Of a stretch of DNA of 64,000 bases, positions 10,691 to 19,809 are shown piece after piece. Both the position numbers and the translations under genes were made by a program. Source of the DNA: an uncultured delta proteobacterium (GTDB lineage Bacteria > Desulfobacterota > WTBG01 > CAIYCZ01 > CAIRTM01). The notes below the pieces were generated by a model that was given only the letters and a program-made list of their open reading frames with translations, had not been told where the DNA came from and searched no databases. Location of the stretch: contig CAVRPV010000017.1 of NCBI GenBank assembly GCA_963723235.1, forward strand, positions 17,084 to 81,083, in the 5' to 3' direction. Within the stretch, counting starts at the first letter, position 1. Every line of letters starts with the position of its first letter.

Positions 10691-12241
10691 ATGCATATCG
10701 TAAACGCCGCGCAGATGCGTGAACTTGATCGTGCTACAATTGAAACAATCGGCATTCCCGGCATCGTGCTCATGGAAAATGCCGGCCGCGGCACAGCCGA
10801 ATACATCCTGCGGACATTTCCTGAATCTGCCCTGCGCCGGGTCGTCGTGCTGTGCGGCTGCGGTAACAACGGCGGTGACGGGTTCGTTATAGCACGCTGT
10901 CTTCTGGCTGCCGGTGCCCGGGTGTGCGCGATCCTGCCGGCTGACAGCACGCGTGTTCAAGGCGATGCCCGCATCAACCTCGATGCTTTTCGCGCTATCG
11001 GCGGAAATATCCTTGAAGTTCCTACCGAAGATGACTTCAAACACATACAATCTGAACTGGCCCATGCCTCTCTGTTTGTCGACGCATTGCTTGGAACCGG
11101 ACTTACAAGCGAAGTAACCGGACTCTATTGCCGCGTGATTGAAACCGTCGGCGCTGCTGTGCACGTGCCGGTTGTCGCGGTTGACATCCCCTCCGGCATT
11201 GACGCTTCAACCGGCCATGTTCTGGGCTGCGCTCTGCGCGCACACAGCACCTGCACCTTCGGCCTGCCCAAATACGGCCATGTGCTCTATCCCGGTGCTG
11301 CCTTTACCGGCAAACTTATTGTTATCGACATCGGTATTCCCGCAACTCTGATCAACGAAGCACAACTGCCGGGCAGCCTGCAGGATGCATCTGATTTTGC
11401 CGCAGCGCTGAACACCCGTGCTGCGGATACGCACAAGGGCAACTGCGGGCATGTGCTGCTGCTGGCCGGCAGCGTCGGTAAGACCGGGGCTGCGGTCCTG
11501 AGCGCACGCGCGGCCATGCGCAGCGGAGCCGGACTGGTAACAGTCGCTGCCCCGGAAAAAGCGCAATCCCAGATTGCCTCCCATCTGCTCGAATGCATGA
11601 GCGTACCGCTTGAGGACTGTGACAGCGGTCTCAGCCGAACAGCCTTGCAGCAGATCCTTGATTTGTGCGCGGGCAAAACCGTTCTGGCCATGGGGCCGGG
11701 CCTTGGTGACACGGACGCGGTTGCCGCCATCGTGAGAGCCCTGATTGCAAACGTGCAGCTGCCGATGGTGCTTGACGCTGATGCCCTGAATGCTCTGGCC
11801 CGCGATCCGCAGGTGCTCACACAGGCTACAGGTCCGGTTATACTTACGCCGCACCCCGGCGAAATGGCCCGCCTGACCGGAAAGAGTACTGAGCAGATTC
11901 AGTCCGACCGGGTCGGCGCGGCCTGCACTCTGGCAAACAGGCTTGGCGCTATCATCGTGCTGAAAGGTGCTCATAGCGTGATTGCCGCTCCGGACGGGCG
12001 CCACTGGATCAACACCAGCGGCAACCCGTCCATGGCTACAGCAGGCATGGGAGACGCACTGACGGGCATCATTGCCGGCCTGCTTGCGCAAAAGATTCCC
12101 GCACTGACAGCCACGCGCCTGGCCGTGTTTATGCACGGCCATATCGCAGACAGACTGATTCAGGAACGCGGATCCGCCCCGATCCTGGCATCTGAAATCA
12201 TTGAACGCATTCCGGAAGGCCTGCGGGAATGCACAGCATGA
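10691..12241 (+). CDS. nnr: Bifunctional NAD(P)H-hydrate repair enzyme (epimerase/ADP-dependent dehydratase)
   Basis: N-terminal YjeF_N motif 'CGCGNNGGDGF'. C-terminal kinase-like 'GHVLLLAGS' and 'GMGDALTGIIAGL'. Confidence 0.9.
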   Translation: MHIVNAAQMRELDRATIETIGIPGIVLMENAGRGTAEYILRTFPESALRRVVVLCGCGNNGGDGFVIARCLLAAGARVCAILPADSTRVQGDARINLDAFRAIGGNILEVPTEDDFKHIQSELAHASLFVDALLGTGLTSEVTGLYCRVIETVGAAVHVPVVAVDIPSGIDASTGHVLGCALRAHSTCTFGLPKYGHVLYPGAAFTGKLIVIDIGIPATLINEAQLPGSLQDASDFAAALNTRAADTHKGNCGHVLLLAGSVGKTGAAVLSARAAMRSGAGLVTVAAPEKAQSQIASHLLECMSVPLEDCDSGLSRTALQQILDLCAGKTVLAMGPGLGDTDAVAAIVRALIANVQLPMVLDADALNALARDPQVLTQATGPVILTPHPGEMARLTGKSTEQIQSDRVGAACTLANRLGAIIVLKGAHSVIAAPDGRHWINTSGNPSMATAGMGDALTGIIAGLLAQKIPALTATRLAVFMHGHIADRLIQERGSAPILASEIIERIPEGLRECTA

Positions 12242-12732
12242 ACGTCACAATTGAATCCGCAACGCATGCGGACACCGTGCGCCTGGGCCGCCTGCTCGCC
12301 GGTCTGCTGCAACCCGGTATGGTTATCGCGCTGATAGGCGATCTTGGCGCCGGTAAAACCACGCTGGTCAAAGGGATTGCATCCGGGCTGCTGAACATTG
12401 ATGAACGCGAGGTAACCAGCCCTACGTTTACCATCGTGCAGGAGTACAGCGGTGCCATGCCGCTCTATCATGTTGATGCCTACCGGCTGGACAGCGCGCT
12501 TGATCTTGAAGCCGTCGGTTTTGAAGATTATATTGACGGCTGCGGCGTAACCGTGATTGAATGGGCCGACCGTATCATAGAGGCGCTCCCCCGTGAGACG
12601 CTGACGATCTCAATTGAGCAGCACGGGGAGCAGCAGCGCTGTTTTCGCCTGCAGGCCGCAACGCCGCAACAGGCCCTGGGCCTTGCCCGCATCGCTGAGC
12701 ACATGAAAGACTCAAACGCACAACAGGTATAA
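12229..12732 (+). CDS. tsaE: tRNA t6A37 biosynthesis ATPase TsaE
   Basis: 'GDLGAGKTTLVKGI' and 'SPTFTIV..Y'. It overlaps the nnr stop by 13 nt. Confidence 0.88.
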   Translation: MHSMNVTIESATHADTVRLGRLLAGLLQPGMVIALIGDLGAGKTTLVKGIASGLLNIDEREVTSPTFTIVQEYSGAMPLYHVDAYRLDSALDLEAVGFEDYIDGCGVTVIEWADRIIEALPRETLTISIEQHGEQQRCFRLQAATPQQALGLARIAEHMKDSNAQQV

Positions 12733-12798
12733 ATACAGGGAATCGTAAAACGCAGCCATACTACGCATGGATTGTCGTGCACACATAACAGGCCTGCA

Positions 12799-14376
12799 AT
12801 GAAAACCATAACACTGTATGATGCAACACTGCGCGAGGGGAGCCAGGCCGAGGATATTTCCTTCTCAATTGAGGACAAGCTGCGCATAACAGTCCGCCTG
12901 GACAATCTCGGCCTGCACTATATCGAAGGGGGCTGGCCGGGCGCAAATCCAAAAGACAACAGCTATTTCAAAGAGATTCAATCCTACAGCCTCAAAAACT
13001 CTACTGTGGTTGCCTTCGGCAGCACGGCCCGGTCCGGCAAACCGGTTGCGAAGGATAAAAACCTGCAGGAACTCCTGCAGGCCCGCACCAGCGCGGTGAC
13101 TATTTTCGGCAAGGTCTGGGATGTGCATGTGCGCGAAGTGTTAAAAATATCCCCGGCTGATAATCTCACGCTGATTGAGGAATCAATCGCATTTTTAAAG
13201 CAGCATGTCAGGGAAGTTTTTTTCGATGCCGAACATTTTTTCGACGGCTATAAAGCCAGCCCGGAGTATGCCGAACAGGTGCTCGCGGCTGCAACGCGCG
13301 CCGGCGCGGACTGCCTGGTCCTCTGTGATACGAACGGAGGCTGCCTGCCGCATGAAGTACAGCACATCGTGCGGCAGATCAAAAAACAGCACACAACCCG
13401 GCTGGGAATACATGCTCATAATGACGGTGACGTGGCCGTGGCCAACACCCTTGCAGCGGTACAGGCCGGATGTACGCATGTGCAGGGCACGATCAACGGT
13501 TTCGGAGAGCGCTGCGGAAACGCGAACCTGTGCTCAATCATTCCGAATCTGCAGCTCAAGATGGGCCTGAACTGCACGAGCGCTGAGCAGCTCAAAGGCC
13601 TGACCGATGTCTCGCGCTTTGTGAATGAAATGGCCAACTTCGCCCCGAACAAGCATCAGCCGTTCGTCGGCACCAGTGCGTTCGCACACAAGGCCGGCGT
13701 GCATGTCAGTGCCGTGAAACGAAAACCGGAAACATACGAACACCTCACTCCTGAGCTGGTCGGCAACACCCAGCGTATTCTGATTTCAGACCAGGCCGGG
13801 CGCGCCAACATTATCCAAAAAGCCCGCGAGTTCAAGCTTGATATCGAAACGCATGAACCGCTCGTGCAGGAACTGCTCGTCGAACTCAAGGAACTTGAAC
13901 TGCAGGGTTTTCAGTTCGAAGGCGCTGAAGCCTCGTTTCAGCTGCGCATGCGGCGGGCACTGGGCGTGAGCAAACGCTATTTTGACCTTGTCGGCTTCCG
14001 CGTGATTATAGAAAAACGCTCCGATGACGAATTGATTTCAGAAGCGACGATTATGGTGCGTGTTGGCGGCAGCATTGAACATACTGCGGCGGTTGGCAAC
14101 GGCCCGGTCAATGCGCTTGACAATGCCCTGCGCAAAGCCCTGGAAACATTCTATCCTACCCTGCGCGATGTCTCCCTGCTGGACTATAAAGTGCGCGTTT
14201 TCTCCACAGGCGCAGGCACGGGCTCACGCGTGCGGGTTCTGGTTGAATCCGGCGACCGGCATGACCGCTGGGGAACCGTAGGCGTATCTGAAAATATCAT
14301 CGAAGCCAGCTGGCAGGCGCTGACCGACAGCATCACCTATAAACTGCTCAAGGATGAACTGTACCGGGAAACATAG
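12799..14376 (+). CDS. cimA: (R)-citramalate synthase (LeuA-family, CimA-type)
   Basis: '[13 protein letters not shown]', '[19 protein letters not shown]' and a C-terminal LeuA-dimerisation-like region. Length about 525 aa. Confidence 0.85.
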   Translation: MKTITLYDATLREGSQAEDISFSIEDKLRITVRLDNLGLHYIEGGWPGANPKDNSYFKEIQSYSLKNSTVVAFGSTARSGKPVAKDKNLQELLQARTSAVTIFGKVWDVHVREVLKISPADNLTLIEESIAFLKQHVREVFFDAEHFFDGYKASPEYAEQVLAAATRAGADCLVLCDTNGGCLPHEVQHIVRQIKKQHTTRLGIHAHNDGDVAVANTLAAVQAGCTHVQGTINGFGERCGNANLCSIIPNLQLKMGLNCTSAEQLKGLTDVSRFVNEMANFAPNKHQPFVGTSAFAHKAGVHVSAVKRKPETYEHLTPELVGNTQRILISDQAGRANIIQKAREFKLDIETHEPLVQELLVELKELELQGFQFEGAEASFQLRMRRALGVSKRYFDLVGFRVIIEKRSDDELISEATIMVRVGGSIEHTAAVGNGPVNALDNALRKALETFYPTLRDVSLLDYKVRVFSTGAGTGSRVRVLVESGDRHDRWGTVGVSENIIEASWQALTDSITYKLLKDELYRET

Positions 14377-14378
14377 TC

Positions 14379-14927
14379 ATGCGGACAAACGGAGGGGCAA
14401 CTCATGCGTGCAAAACGCATCGGCTTGTGGTAGTATTGTTGCTGTGCGCAATCCCCGCAACCATACAGTACTGCAGGCATGCGCACACGCAGGAACCGGC
14501 CCGGATAGTCCGGCCGCAGCGCATTGTCTATGAACTGCTGGGCAAGGTCAGACATCCCGGCATATACCGCTTCGGAGAAGAACAGACCATAGCGGCGCTT
14601 GCCAGTGTTTGCGGAGCAGAACACGCGACAGAATATGCTGGTGGCGAAGTGGTTGCCACGGGTACACGGCTGCTGTTTAACGACACAGGAACAGCAACCG
14701 GTAACTTGAACGCGGCAGTAATGCTGTCATACCATCTGCCGATATCGCTGGCAACGGCATCCGCCCGGGACCTTGAACTGATACCTGGCATCGGACCGAA
14801 AACCGCGCGCGCGCTGATTGACTTCCGTGAACAGGCAGGCCCGATTCAGCGCATTGAACAACTGCTTGAGGTCCGGGGCATCGGCCCTAAAACGCTTGAA
14901 AAAATCACGCGCTATCTCAGGCCCTGA
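14379..14927 (+). CDS. ComEA-like helix-hairpin-helix DNA-binding protein
   Basis: N-terminal hydrophobic segment. The C-terminus has tandem HhH motifs 'LELIPGIGPKTARALIDFRE' and 'LLEVRGIGPKTLEKI'. Confidence 0.8.
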   Translation: MRTNGGATHACKTHRLVVVLLLCAIPATIQYCRHAHTQEPARIVRPQRIVYELLGKVRHPGIYRFGEEQTIAALASVCGAEHATEYAGGEVVATGTRLLFNDTGTATGNLNAAVMLSYHLPISLATASARDLELIPGIGPKTARALIDFREQAGPIQRIEQLLEVRGIGPKTLEKITRYLRP

Positions 14928-15010
14928 GACCATAGCCGCAACAGCCGGATGAGCCCGGACAGGCAGACATACTACTAACCCGACACCGTATTCACATAAG
15001 GGGAACATCA

Positions 15011-15697
15011 ATGGCAGCAAAGCAGAAAGTGGTTACCAAAGATCTTCTTGGTTTTGAAAACATTGTCGATTTCAACGAAAAGCTCAAGGCATATCTTGAG
15101 GAAAATGCCCGACAGATTATCGCCATTGCCCTGATAGTCTGCCTGACCGTCGGCGCTGTCACGTACTGGATGATCAGCAGCAGAGCATCCGCGCAGACTG
15201 CCCAGAGCATACTGAACCAGGCCCTGACCACGATGAGCGCTCCCGCCCCGACAGAGGCAGAGCAAACGGCCGCGCTGTCCTCGGCAATAACGGCATTGAG
15301 TATGGCGGTTGATACCTACAGCCGGACAGAGGCGGGACGGGCCGCATTGTTTTATCGGGCCCAGTGCAAACTTCGTCAAAAAAACTACAGCGATGCGATT
15401 GCCGACTATACGAACTTTGTACAGTACAACGGCTTAATGGTTGACCAATTGCGTCCCGTTGCCTTTGAAAATATCGGGTACGCTCATGAAGCCCTGGGGG
15501 ATTCAGCCGAAGCGCTGAAATGGTTTGAAAAGGCCGTGCAGGCTGGCTGCAGTGCGGCGCTTGTCGGCATGGCGCGGATACATGAAGCTGCCGGTTCATC
15601 AAAGCTTGCATGTGAATGTTACCAGAAATACCTTGCTGGTACTGACACGGTCTATCGGGACATAGTTGAAATGAAAATCGGGGAAGTGTGCCGCTGA
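15011..15697 (+). CDS. Membrane-anchored tetratricopeptide-repeat protein (YfgM-like)
   Basis: 228 aa with one TM segment ('IIAIALIVCLTVGAVTYWMI') followed by TPR-like helices. Confidence 0.7.
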   Translation: MAAKQKVVTKDLLGFENIVDFNEKLKAYLEENARQIIAIALIVCLTVGAVTYWMISSRASAQTAQSILNQALTTMSAPAPTEAEQTAALSSAITALSMAVDTYSRTEAGRAALFYRAQCKLRQKNYSDAIADYTNFVQYNGLMVDQLRPVAFENIGYAHEALGDSAEALKWFEKAVQAGCSAALVGMARIHEAAGSSKLACECYQKYLAGTDTVYRDIVEMKIGEVCR

Positions 15698-15826
15698 CAG
15701 TTTCTGCGGCAGCGGGCTCACAAGACCTGCCCTGAGAAGGTAAGGCCTGAAGCGGCTTCAGGGCTGGGCAGATCAGGACAAACGGACATGCCATCCGGCC
15801 GACATGCCGGAGCATTGAACAGCTTA

Positions 15827-15925
15827 TTATGCCTTGGCGGCTTCTTTCTGCCGTTCTTTCCTCTGTTTGAGCTTAACGGTGCGAATGTTCTGTTTGCGGA
15901 TGTGCTTTCTCTTTGATCGAGCCAT
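15827..15925 (-). CDS. Small, highly basic 32-aa protein (MARSKRKHIRKQNIRTVKLKQRKERQKEAAKA)
   Basis: This ORF is below the track's size cut-off. GGAGA lies 9 nt upstream of the ATG. 15 of 32 residues are Lys/Arg. It is convergent with the TPR gene. Confidence 0.4.
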   Translation of the reverse strand: MARSKRKHIRKQNIRTVKLKQRKERQKEAAKA

Positions 15926-16103
15926 GTTCTGGGGTCTCCCTATACCGGTTTGCTGCAATCGTGTCTTTGTTCTTCTGTATCCGGAGAAGTCTATCAAACT
16001 TTCTCTTTATTTTCAACCTATTCTTGCGGGCCTGATTGACAAAATTATTGAAATGATTAACGTTGATGGAGTCGTAAAAGTTAGAAAATACCTGTTTTTA
16101 TGA

Positions 16104-16222
16104 CGCGCTCGAAAAAAGTTCGTAGACAAGGCGCGCGAATTCGAAGGAATGAGACGTACTTGCCGTACGCCGCAATGACTGAGGATGAAGCGCAACGCAG
16201 TATCCGGACTTTTTACGAGTGT
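16104..16222 (+). repeat. REP/MITE-like element, family R, diverged copy (CGCTCGAAAAAAG...ACTTTTTACGAGTG)
   Basis: It shares the core '...AAGGCGCGCG...GAATGAGACGTAC-N-GTACGCCGCAATGAC..GATGA' with copies R1-R3. Confidence 0.55.
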
Positions 16223-16268
16223 GTCAAAGTTGTAACGATATCTGAAACACAGTTCGTGGAGGAGATAC

Positions 16269-17202
16269 ATGGCTGCAAAGGACTATTACAAGGTTTTGGG
16301 TGTTGAAAAAACAGCGACTGTGGCTGAAATAAAAAAAGCCTATAAGGAACTGGCGTTCAAATACCATCCCGACAAAAACCCGGGAAACGCTAAAGCAGAA
16401 GACCGCTTTAAAGAAATCAGCGCAGCATATGCTGTTTTGAGCGACAAGAGTAAGCGCGCACAATATGATCAATTCGGCTCAAGCGGATTTCATCAACGCT
16501 ACAGCCAGGAGGACATCTTCAGGGGCGCGGACCTGAACGATATATTCAGGGAGATGGGATTCAGCAGCAACAACGATATATTCGGTCAGATTTTTCGGAG
16601 GCGGGCGCGGCCGCAGACAACAGACATACAGAATGGATGATATATTCGGTGGCAACAGCGGCGGATTCGCATCCGGCCCCAAGGCGGCCCGCGGTCAGGA
16701 CCTGAGCCTTGAGCTTACAATTGATTTCATGGACGCTTTCAACGGCTGTGAAAAAACCGTCGAATATGTCCATGGCGGCAAAAAACATGGCGTTAAGGTC
16801 AAAGTGCCGGCAGGCATAGCCTCGGGTCAAAAGCTGCGACTGGCCGGCAAGGGTGGGTCGGGTCAGGGTGGATCGGGCGACATGTTTTTTACCATCACAG
16901 TTGCCGCCCACCCCGTTTTCAAGCGCGAGGGCTATGATGTTATTATTGATCAGGAAATAAAAATAAGCGAAGCAGTGTTCGGAACCAGCCTTGAAGTGCC
17001 GACCCCGCACGGCAACCGCACAATCAAAATACCCGCAGGCATCCAGAACGGCACAAAACTGCGCTTAAAAGGAATGGGCATGCCCCATTTCGACAAAAGC
17101 GATCAGGGCCATGCCTATGTCCGGATCTCAGTTACAATCCCGAAACACCTGAGCGAGGCCCAGAAAAAACTCTTCAAGCAGCTCTCAGAAGAAGGCTGCT
17201 GA
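16269..17202 (+). pseudogene. cbpA: CbpA-type DnaJ-family co-chaperone (J-domain plus DnaJ C-terminal domains, no zinc finger), with an apparent +1 frameshift in a T5 run
   Basis: J-domain 'DYYKVLGV...YHPDKN'. Frame 3 ends '...[14 protein letters not shown]'. Frame 1 reads '[21 protein letters not shown]...' and then the DnaJ_C beta domains. The junction is at TTTTT 16591-16595. Span is 934 nt (3n+1). Confidence 0.85.
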
Positions 17203-17288
17203 GCGCACAGCTCTGACCCCCACGCCATGCGGGCATATCCCCGGCCTGACAAAAAGTTGTTGCAAAGAGCACATAAGGATGACACCGA

Positions 17289-17618
17289 ATGAACTACACA
17301 TCAAAAGCTTTGCTCGTGGTATCGTTGCTCCTGGTGGCGCTCACGACAGCTGCCTGTGAAAAAGAAGGCCGGGAAATTGACAAAACGCTGAACGCCTCAA
17401 AAGAAAAAATTTTGGCATTCACGACAGCTGCCTGCGCACCAAAAGACACCGCTGAAAAAATAGGCCGGGAGATTGACAACGCGGTTACCACCATAAAAAA
17501 AATAGCGGCATTCACGGAAGCAGCCCGCCAGAAAGAAGGCAGCGCTGAAAAAGCGGGGAAGTACATTGACAAAACGTTGAATTCGGCAAAAGAAACAATC
17601 AACGAAGCCACACGCTAG
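17289..17618 (+). CDS. Small lipoprotein with three ~31-aa internal repeats
   Basis: Signal peptide plus lipobox 'LTTAAC'. The repeats are 'TTAAC-EKEGREIDKTLNASKEKILAF', 'TTAACAPKDTAEKIGREIDNAVTTIKKIAAF' and 'TEAARQKEGSAEKAGKYIDKTLNSAKETINEA'. Confidence 0.7.
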   Translation: MNYTSKALLVVSLLLVALTTAACEKEGREIDKTLNASKEKILAFTTAACAPKDTAEKIGREIDNAVTTIKKIAAFTEAARQKEGSAEKAGKYIDKTLNSAKETINEATR

Positions 17619-17797
17619 AGCATTTATCTAAATACTATAGCCTGCGATACAACACCGTCCGTTCGCCCTGAGCCTGTCGAAGGGTGAACGGACAAGGTAT
17701 TTAATACTGAAACCCGTTCATGGTTCGACAAGCTCACCACGAACGGGTGAACATCTTCTTTTTAAAAAGGCTACAAAAAAAAGATAACTACGCTAGA
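17616..17797 (+). mobile_element. Miniature TIR element (MITE-like), copy A, at the left boundary of the accessory island
   Basis: It is the reverse complement of 27259-27438; about 165 of 180 positions are identical in a hand alignment. Termini are TAGAGCATTTATCT / AGATAA..GCT.. It starts on the TAG stop of the lipoprotein gene. Confidence 0.8.
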
Positions 17798-18035
17798 GCA
17801 AATTAATTTTGAGATGTCCGGTCTCGGATTGAAAAACGGAGGCGCCGATCGGCACGTGCCATCTCTCGCGCAGAAAACTTATTTACTTAATTAAGGGCGT
17901 CCCGCTGATGGCCTCAGTGCCCTTCCCTTCGGCAAAACAATTCAACTAATTCAACAACGTCCCCGTAACCTCCCCCGCAGTGTTCACGATTACAAACTGA
18001 AACAAATCAACGAGTTTCTTTGGGGTAGGGGCATT

Positions 18036-18336
18036 TCAGCTTTTGGATGCTTGGGCGTGCAGCTTCAGTCCCAGGGCGTGTACAACCTTGAGGATGGTAT
18101 CAAAGCCGGGGCTTCGATCACCTGAAAGGGCCTTGTACAGGCTTTCACGCGACAGGCCGGTATCACGGGGCTACCTGCGACATGCCGCGGCTGCGGGCAA
18201 TATCGCCCAACGCTTTCGCAATAAAGGCGGCATCGCCGTCGGCCTCTTCAATGCAGGCTTCGAGATAGGCGGCCATTTCTTCAGGCGTGCGAAGATGCTC
18301 TGCAACATCGTAACGGACTAGTTTTTGTTTTTTCAT
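18036..18336 (-). pseudogene. HTH antitoxin ('addiction module antidote' type), frameshifted
   Basis: 'MKKQKLVRYDVAEHLRTPEEMAAYLEACIEEADGDAAFIAKALGDIARSRGMSQVA' is followed, after a +1 shift, by 'RDTGLSRESLYKALSGDRSPGFDTILKVVHALGLKLHA'. The extra base is in the GGGG run at 18167-18170. Span is 301 nt. Confidence 0.75.
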
Positions 18337-18397
18337 CGATTCTTACAAGTTTGCTACCAAAGCAATGGAGCTTTCTTAATAATCACAAACTTAAGCG

Positions 18398-18654
18398 TTA
18401 AGTGTTATTACAAACCTCCATCAAGTGGCGCACCGTGACGCCTTTATCAAGCATGCGCGTCGTTATGCTGTCTGAGCACCCTGAATAGTGACGAGCTCAT
18501 AGACGTACCCCTTCAGAATCGTGCCCGACGATTGGGAATGCCGCTATAGCCGGACTGCTCGAAACGCATGGCCGATCTTTCTCGCGAAAGCTTTCTATGC
18601 CGCCAGAGCAGAAAGAGTACGAAAACTAGTTGTCGTGTCGAATTTGACGTACAT
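18398..18654 (-). pseudogene. Decayed RelE/ParE-superfamily toxin remnant, partner of the antitoxin at 18036-18336
   Basis: It reads 'MYVKFDTTTSFRTLSALAA*KAFARKIGHAFRAVRL*...SGTILKGYVYELVTIQ...' and, in another frame, '...DKGVTVRHLMEVCNNT*'. It has two in-frame stops and at least one frameshift. It sits where a toxin-first module would place its toxin. Confidence 0.35.
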
Positions 18655-19401
18655 TCGTCACTGATTGTGAGCCGAATTGGCTAAACACCTGTCAAGGTTA
18701 ATCTCGAAGAAATCCTGTACTGCTGTCAGCACTGTATTGTCGCCGGGTTTTCAAGTTTCTTCCCTGTAGCTTTTTAACCCCCATCGTTTCGTAGTTAGAT
18801 TTGATACCACCTTTCTTTGCTCGGCAAAGAAAGGTGATACCCCCAAGAAAGCCGCCCCGTGGCACCTTGGCGTCCGCCCAAGGTCGGGATTGCTCTCGCC
18901 GGGACACACGATCGCGGGAACGGCACGAACTCGCACATTCGGGCGCTCAGACAGCGTGTCGTTCGTATCCGCGCTCATGCACCTGTCCTCCGCAGTAGCC
19001 TGCTACGGAGGGTGGACCCGGCTCGGCTGCGCTCCGATGGGGTTTGAAACCCCTGAACCTTGGACTTTTAACCTTCTTGTGACTTTGGACCTTCGACTTT
19101 GGTTTTTGGTCTTCGGTCCTTGTTCCTCCCCCTACCACGATAACGCCAAGGCCTGTCAGCGCTGTTTTCATACCCACCACTTTCATCAATAGATTCACCC
19201 AACGCTTACCCCATAAACCTCTGTACTGGTTACAGTTTCCGTTTGCACATTGAAATAAATAATTATAAGATCATTTGAAATTAACAAGATTAAACCAAAA
19301 CCGCATTGAGGATAACACCGCAATGGCATAGGTTTTATAAGGGGCTTAGACGATAAATTTTAATGAGCGTATTTGGCAGAAATGGGCATGGGTGATTACA
19401 A

Positions 19402-19746
19402 ATGACAATCAATGAATTGACTGAAAAACTCAGGATGTTTGCCAAAGAGCGTGATTGGGAGCAGTTCCACTCGCCTAAAAATCTTTCTATGGCTCTCGCG
19501 GTTGAAACAGCTAAGCTCATGGAACACTTTCAATGGCTTACAAAAGACCAAAGCCTAAATCTTGAAAAGACAACATTAGAAAAGGTTAAACAAGAAATCG
19601 GCGATACTCCAGATTTATCTGCACGTCTTGCTGACCAACTTGGTATTGATCCTCTACAAGCAGCAGAAGAAAAATTGAAAATGAATGCCGCAAAATACCC
19701 GGTTGATAAGGCAAAGGGATCGGCTAAAAAATATACCGACTTGTAA
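19402..19746 (+). CDS. MazG-like all-alpha nucleoside triphosphate pyrophosphohydrolase (dCTPase-like)
   Basis: 114 aa with 'FAKERDWEQFHSPKNLSMALAVETAKLMEHFQW', 'EIGD', 'RLADQLGID' and 'KNAAKYP'. Confidence 0.8.
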   Translation: MTINELTEKLRMFAKERDWEQFHSPKNLSMALAVETAKLMEHFQWLTKDQSLNLEKTTLEKVKQEIGDTPDLSARLADQLGIDPLQAAEEKLKMNAAKYPVDKAKGSAKKYTDL

Positions 19747-19809
19747 GGGCATAAGGCAAACTTGCACCTTTAACAGTAACTTCATTTCCATGCCATAAGA
19801 GTTAATCCA

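Noticed and set aside
16585-16640. Programmed +1/-1 ribosomal frameshift at the T5 run in the cbpA-like gene.
   Set aside because: The run is short, I see no obvious downstream stimulatory structure, and no such recoding is known to me for DnaJ-family genes. Similar single-base insertions occur in many other genes here, so an indel is the simpler explanation.
18840-19040. Known structured RNA (group II intron domains, RNase P RNA, tmRNA, SRP/6S RNA, cobalamin riboswitch) in the GC-rich hairpin block.
   Set aside because: I found no domain-V-like GAGC...GGTTC hairpin, no GGAAAGTCCGGGC-type RNase P motif, no tRNA-like 3' end, and no B12 box. No reverse transcriptase or other partner gene is nearby. 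The region is kept only as an unexplained structured region.
19056-19126. CRISPR-like array.
   Set aside because: The units are only 13-17 nt long, are degenerate, abut each other with no spacers, and have no cas genes nearby.
19600-19640. Compensated double frameshift inside the MazG-like gene. 'EIGDTPDLSARLAD' appears where relatives usually read 'E.ADVLIYLLRLAD', and an alternative frame gives 'ILQIYL'.
   Set aside because: Restoring the expected text needs two separate indels of different sizes, and the in-frame reading is uninterrupted. This is too speculative without an alignment.
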